DNA of 63,569 nucleotides, filler included, from Rozella allomycis CSF55 (lineage: Eukaryota): assembly GCA_000442015.1 (NCBI GenBank). It is 4 parts of 4 records of this genome, joined end to end, with 100 filler letters (N's around TTAATTAATTAA, not from the genome) between each part and the next. Parts side by side here need not be neighbours in the genome. Positions count along the whole stretch, not along the records: positions 58,473 to 63,569 come from KE561215.1; 3 more parts are not named here. One strand, given 5' to 3'. Below are positions 59,576 to 63,569 of this stretch, piece after piece. Position numbers and translations under genes: made by a program. Numbering within the stretch: the stretch's first letter is position 1; each line of letters begins with the position of its first letter. The notes beneath the pieces are model-generated. The model was not told the DNA's origin and searched no databases. It saw only the letters and a program-made list of their open reading frames with translations.

Positions 59576-62082
59576 TTAAATAGAAGCTACCAAATCCTTT
59601 ATATCATCCAAGCTTTTCACGGGAGGAAAGCATGTTCCTTTGTAACAAACATTGATGCACATATCATTTGTATTCATATTTAAAAGCCATGGTTTCTTTT
59701 CTTTTAAGCGCGCTTTCATTGCCTCTGACAAAAACAATACACACTTGTTTGGAAAAGAAAGCTCACGGACAAACTGCAAAATTTTTTGACCATCTTCTGA
59801 ACTAAAATCACCAGTAAAAACAAATTCGATTGGTTGCGTTAATGAAAAATGCAGCGCTTTGACCATAAAAGGCATTGAATGCGGATGTTGTGACAAGGTA
59901 CGACCAAACGAAGTGAATAAGCTGTCTACCAAATTAGCATAATCAATATTTCCTGTTATGTTATGTAAACGAAGCAAATTTAATGCGGCGACAGAATTAA
60001 AACTTGGTTCGGCGCCATCATGATCAACCCTGGTTTTTATAGTAACATCCGTGTTCTTATCACAAAGAAAGTACTCGCACCCAGAACTCAAGAATTTATC
60101 TTATTATAAACAAAAAGTAATTTTACCATTCATTATGCCTTGAAGTTTTTCTGATAGATCTAAGTGCGCCTCATCGTATGTGTTGTCATATAAATCAAGC
60201 AAGCATTGAATAAAAAAGGCGTAATCATCAGCAAAACCATCAATTTCTGAAGGTCCATCACGAAAAGATCTTTTTAGGGTATATTCTTTATTCATAAAGT
60301 TTTTGACTATGAAATCATGGGTTTTTACCGCTAACTGAATATATTCTTCGTCGCCAAAAACTGCGTACGCTTTACATAAGCCTGAAATCATTAAAGAATT
60401 CCATCCTGTCAAAATTTTATCATCCAAGTGAGGTTTTGGACGCTTTTCACGAATTTCATTCAGCAATTTGGTCAATTCTTTGATTTTTTGTTCCGCGGCA
60501 TTCACTGACAAGTTGAAATTGGCTGCAATCTGCTCCAAGGGATAATTTTGAATCAAAATGTTCTTGTTGGTTAATTCATTTCGTGTATCCAATTTTGGAT
60601 CAACATTTCCCTTTTCCTTGACCCCAAAAACTTGACAGAAAAAGTTGAAATCGTTATTTAAAATACCCCGAAGCTCATCAGCTTCCCAAACATAAAATGC
60701 ACCCTCTTTGATATCTTTCACGTTGTTTTAATTTACCTTTCTTTTCTTTGCTTTCATTTGATGGAAACGAGTCTGCATCTTCAGCCGAATAGAAGCCGCC
60801 ACTCGGATGCAATAGCTTTGAGCAGCAATAATTAACAATGTCTTTCGCGTACTTTGATTTTCTAAACATAATTATTTTACTGACTTGAAAGTATCGTCCT
60901 TTGTTAGCGAATACGCCGTGGAATAAGCAGATAATAATTGAGCTTGATCGTAAAGCATTTTTTCAAAACTTTTAATATTTTTTAACCATTTTACTGTGGG
61001 ACGTGCCATTTATTATCTGTCGAATATCGATGAAAGCCGCCACCGATGTGATCGTGAATCCCACCTTTTCCCATCTTCTTTAGAGTGAAAGAAACCATAT
61101 TCAATGCTTTATCATAAATTTCCATCGGGAATTCAATGCCCTTATCTAATTTTCCCAATGAATAAAATGAAAGCAAAAACTCAAAGTTGACGGGCGTGGG
61201 GAATTTCGGTTCATCACCAAATCCACCATTTTCGCTGTCAAAGCTATTTATCAAATGATACAAAGTCCTTTTAACAACAGATAAATCAAGATGATTTGCC
61301 ACAGAGTATGAAGCAACCACGGAATCATTAATAGCCTTTGTTATAGCTTCACTTGACCTTATCAAATTTGATTTTTCACTTTTCCACCTATTTAACACCC
61401 AATAAATAGAATACCTCTTGGAGATTAACAACAAAACTGTTTTGAAACCGGTCCTGTTGAATTCATCTTCAGGGGCAATATAGGTTGCACCAAAAAAGGC
61501 TATGACTAAAATTAAATCAACTTACGCCTTAAATCTGGTGTAAGAAACACGCTCAGAGGCCAGCCTCCACTCCCTGTAGTGGCCTGAACAAACATCTGGC
61601 CATTTTTAATTGAAGACCTTACCATGTACTGCGAATCAACATCTGGCCTTTCCTCTCTGTCTACCTTAATATTCACATAATTTTCATTCATTAATTTAGC
61701 AATATATTCACTGAGAATAGAATATTTGTACAAATTTTACTTTTCAAAGCATTCTCGTTCCATGACATGACACCTAATAACTTATGCTGTATTTTAATAC
61801 CAGTGACATGTTGAATAGCCTTAAATTTGATTTATAATTATAGTTACCTATCGAAAGAAATATCGGCTTTTGTTCCTCCTTTGCCTTTTTGAAAGCATCT
61901 GTACCCCAAGGGTACCAATCAACGGGATTATGCTGGTGTTGAAGCAAATAGGGTGATTTTTCACTAGCCAATCGATTTGATACTCTTTGCATTTGAAACA
62001 AGGATTTATGAAACTGAAATTTCATCTGATTGCAAGCTATAGCCAAAATCAAGGTTGTATAAAGGTTAAAAAAGTAGCTCAT
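59576..62082 (-). CDS. SPATA20/SSP411/YyaL (thioredoxin-like plus six-hairpin), multi-exon
   Basis: [79 protein letters not shown]. Confidence 0.94.
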
Positions 62083-62245
62083 AATGAAATCTAAATCTAC
62101 TCAAATCTCAAATCCCGCTGGTTAATATTAAATGAAAATGTTATTGATTTTGTTACCATGTTACAAAAAATAGATAAATCACAGTTTTAAAAAAATACAT
62201 TTATTCATATTCAAAGATATATTGCTACCATTTGACATCATTCCT

Positions 62246-63569
62246 CTAATTGCTACAATGATACATATGAATATTTGTTACCCTTTTGCGAACTTCTTTC
62301 AATAACTTTTTAGGAACTTTATCTGAAAGTACAACTTTGTTTCCAGAAGTTAACAACACATGGGAAGTGCCAGCTGCTTTCCTAGCGTTTTCTAGCGCTG
62401 AATTGGCACTCAATGACTTTTCCATTGCCATCTTTANTGGCACTTAATGACTTTTCCATTGCCATCTTTAAATCTTCCTCTTCTTTAATCTTTCTCAAAA
62501 TTTTGTCGGTTTTATTTTTTCCTGGTTTATGACCATGAAATTGATAACAAAGTTGACGAAATGCATCTTTTGGCGCCAATTTTCTGCCGAAATCATCGAA
62601 ATATTCTAGCTTTATTTCTGGCTTGTAATCTTTGAATTTTTCAATCTTTTTCCTTTCGATATCTCTTGACTTTTGAATTTCTTTGTAGTGGTCATTTTTG
62701 TCTCGTAGTTTAGCTTTCTGCGCTAGTCTTTCCTTTTCTAATTGTCTTTGTTGAGCTAGCCATTCGGAATGTTCGATTCCCAATGCATCTTTATCTGTAA
62801 CGATATCTTTGGAAGTTAAAACTCCACTTTGACCAAGAAGGCTTAGTGTGGCCGCAACCCCTGATCGAACTAATGGTTCTTCAATTACAGGAGCTAGATC
62901 ACCGTCATAAGTTTCATTTTCGTTGGAAATTTCCATTGTAGTTTCAATTTCCATTTCAACATTGTCATCAGATTTAGTTTCTTCTCTTTTAACTGGAGCT
63001 GGGGTGACGTTTAGGCTTTCGAGGTTGACTTTTGGTTTAGAGTCAATTGGGGGTTGGCTGTCTTTCTTACTGCATAAATTTTTGACAAATTCTGAAGTGG
63101 AAGAAATAACTAGTCCTTTTTTATTGTCATTGTCATCATTTATTGAACCATTTGTCTTTTCCTCTAAAATGTTTTGGGCAATTTCTTCAGCAGTCAAAAT
63201 TTTCATTTTGTTCAAATTTTTAGTTCGTGTTTTAGACAATTCTTTTTGAAGATCAAAATCATCTATAAGATTTCCTGTTTCTGTAAAATCCAATAAATCT
63301 TCCTTATCAATTGGCTTTGTCCTGATTTTTCTCTTCTTCTTTGATTTCTTAATAGTTGAATCAACCGCCATATAATCATTGCTCTCCTTTAAATAAGATA
63401 TATCAAGAGTGTCGATTGTATAATTTTCTGGCAAATTTGGCTTTTCTTCCGGCTTTCCGTTTTTCAAATCTGCGATTTTAAATTTCTATTATATTTAATC
63501 AAGTTTTGTTACCGATTTCTTTATTCCTTCAATTTCTTCATCATACTTTGAAAGCAATGATGCACTTTC
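62246..63569 (-). CDS. SART1: SART1/Snu66 tri-snRNP protein (5' part outside the window)
   Basis: LVISSTSEFV, EPLVRSGVAATL, YKPEIKLEYFDDFGRKLAPKDAFRQLCYQFHG.KPGKNKTDK. Confidence 0.92.

Noticed and set aside
24820-62470. Apparent frameshifts/pseudogenes at single n positions (e.g. 24852, 30618, 34844, 45581, 48570, 57610, 62438)
   Set aside because: Each has a short duplicated sequence on both sides of the n, which is a scaffolding overlap artefact.

Overview
AT-rich, gene-dense eukaryotic DNA with very short (about 26-32 nt) GT-AG introns. The gene set and compaction fit an early-diverging fungus or fungal relative, and a Rozella-like (Cryptomycota) parasite is my inference only. The window is four scaffold pieces joined by artificial 100-nt N44-TTAATTAATTAA-N44 linkers, and many single 'n' joints mark contig junctions. 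Layout: (i) 1-6 kb, an F-box/ankyrin gene, SLU7 and NAR1; (ii) 6-22.4 kb, a collapsed mosaic of one Ty3/Gypsy chromovirus-type retrotransposon family, plus a nested LTR-like element and L1-like fragments; (iii) 24-63.5 kb, mostly housekeeping genes (TES1, Akt/PKB, DEF1-like, NSE1, dynein IC, acyl-CoA oxidase, IF1, formin/ADF-H, HIR3, COQ9, NnrU, two GH47, SLP1, MnSOD, a tRNA pair, PUS1, NAA60-like, cullin, FAM50, SPATA20, SART1) with an intronless secreted-protein cluster. Two observations stand out. First, two His1 secreted proteins resemble AA17 (oomycete-type) LPMOs but carry an E-x-F active-site variant, and one lies head-to-head with a GH18 chitinase. Second, a DIRS/phage-Dam-like adenine-methyltransferase-fold domain with degenerate catalytic motifs sits between RNase H and integrase in the chromodomain-bearing Gypsy element. 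All family calls come from motif recognition by eye; no searches were run.
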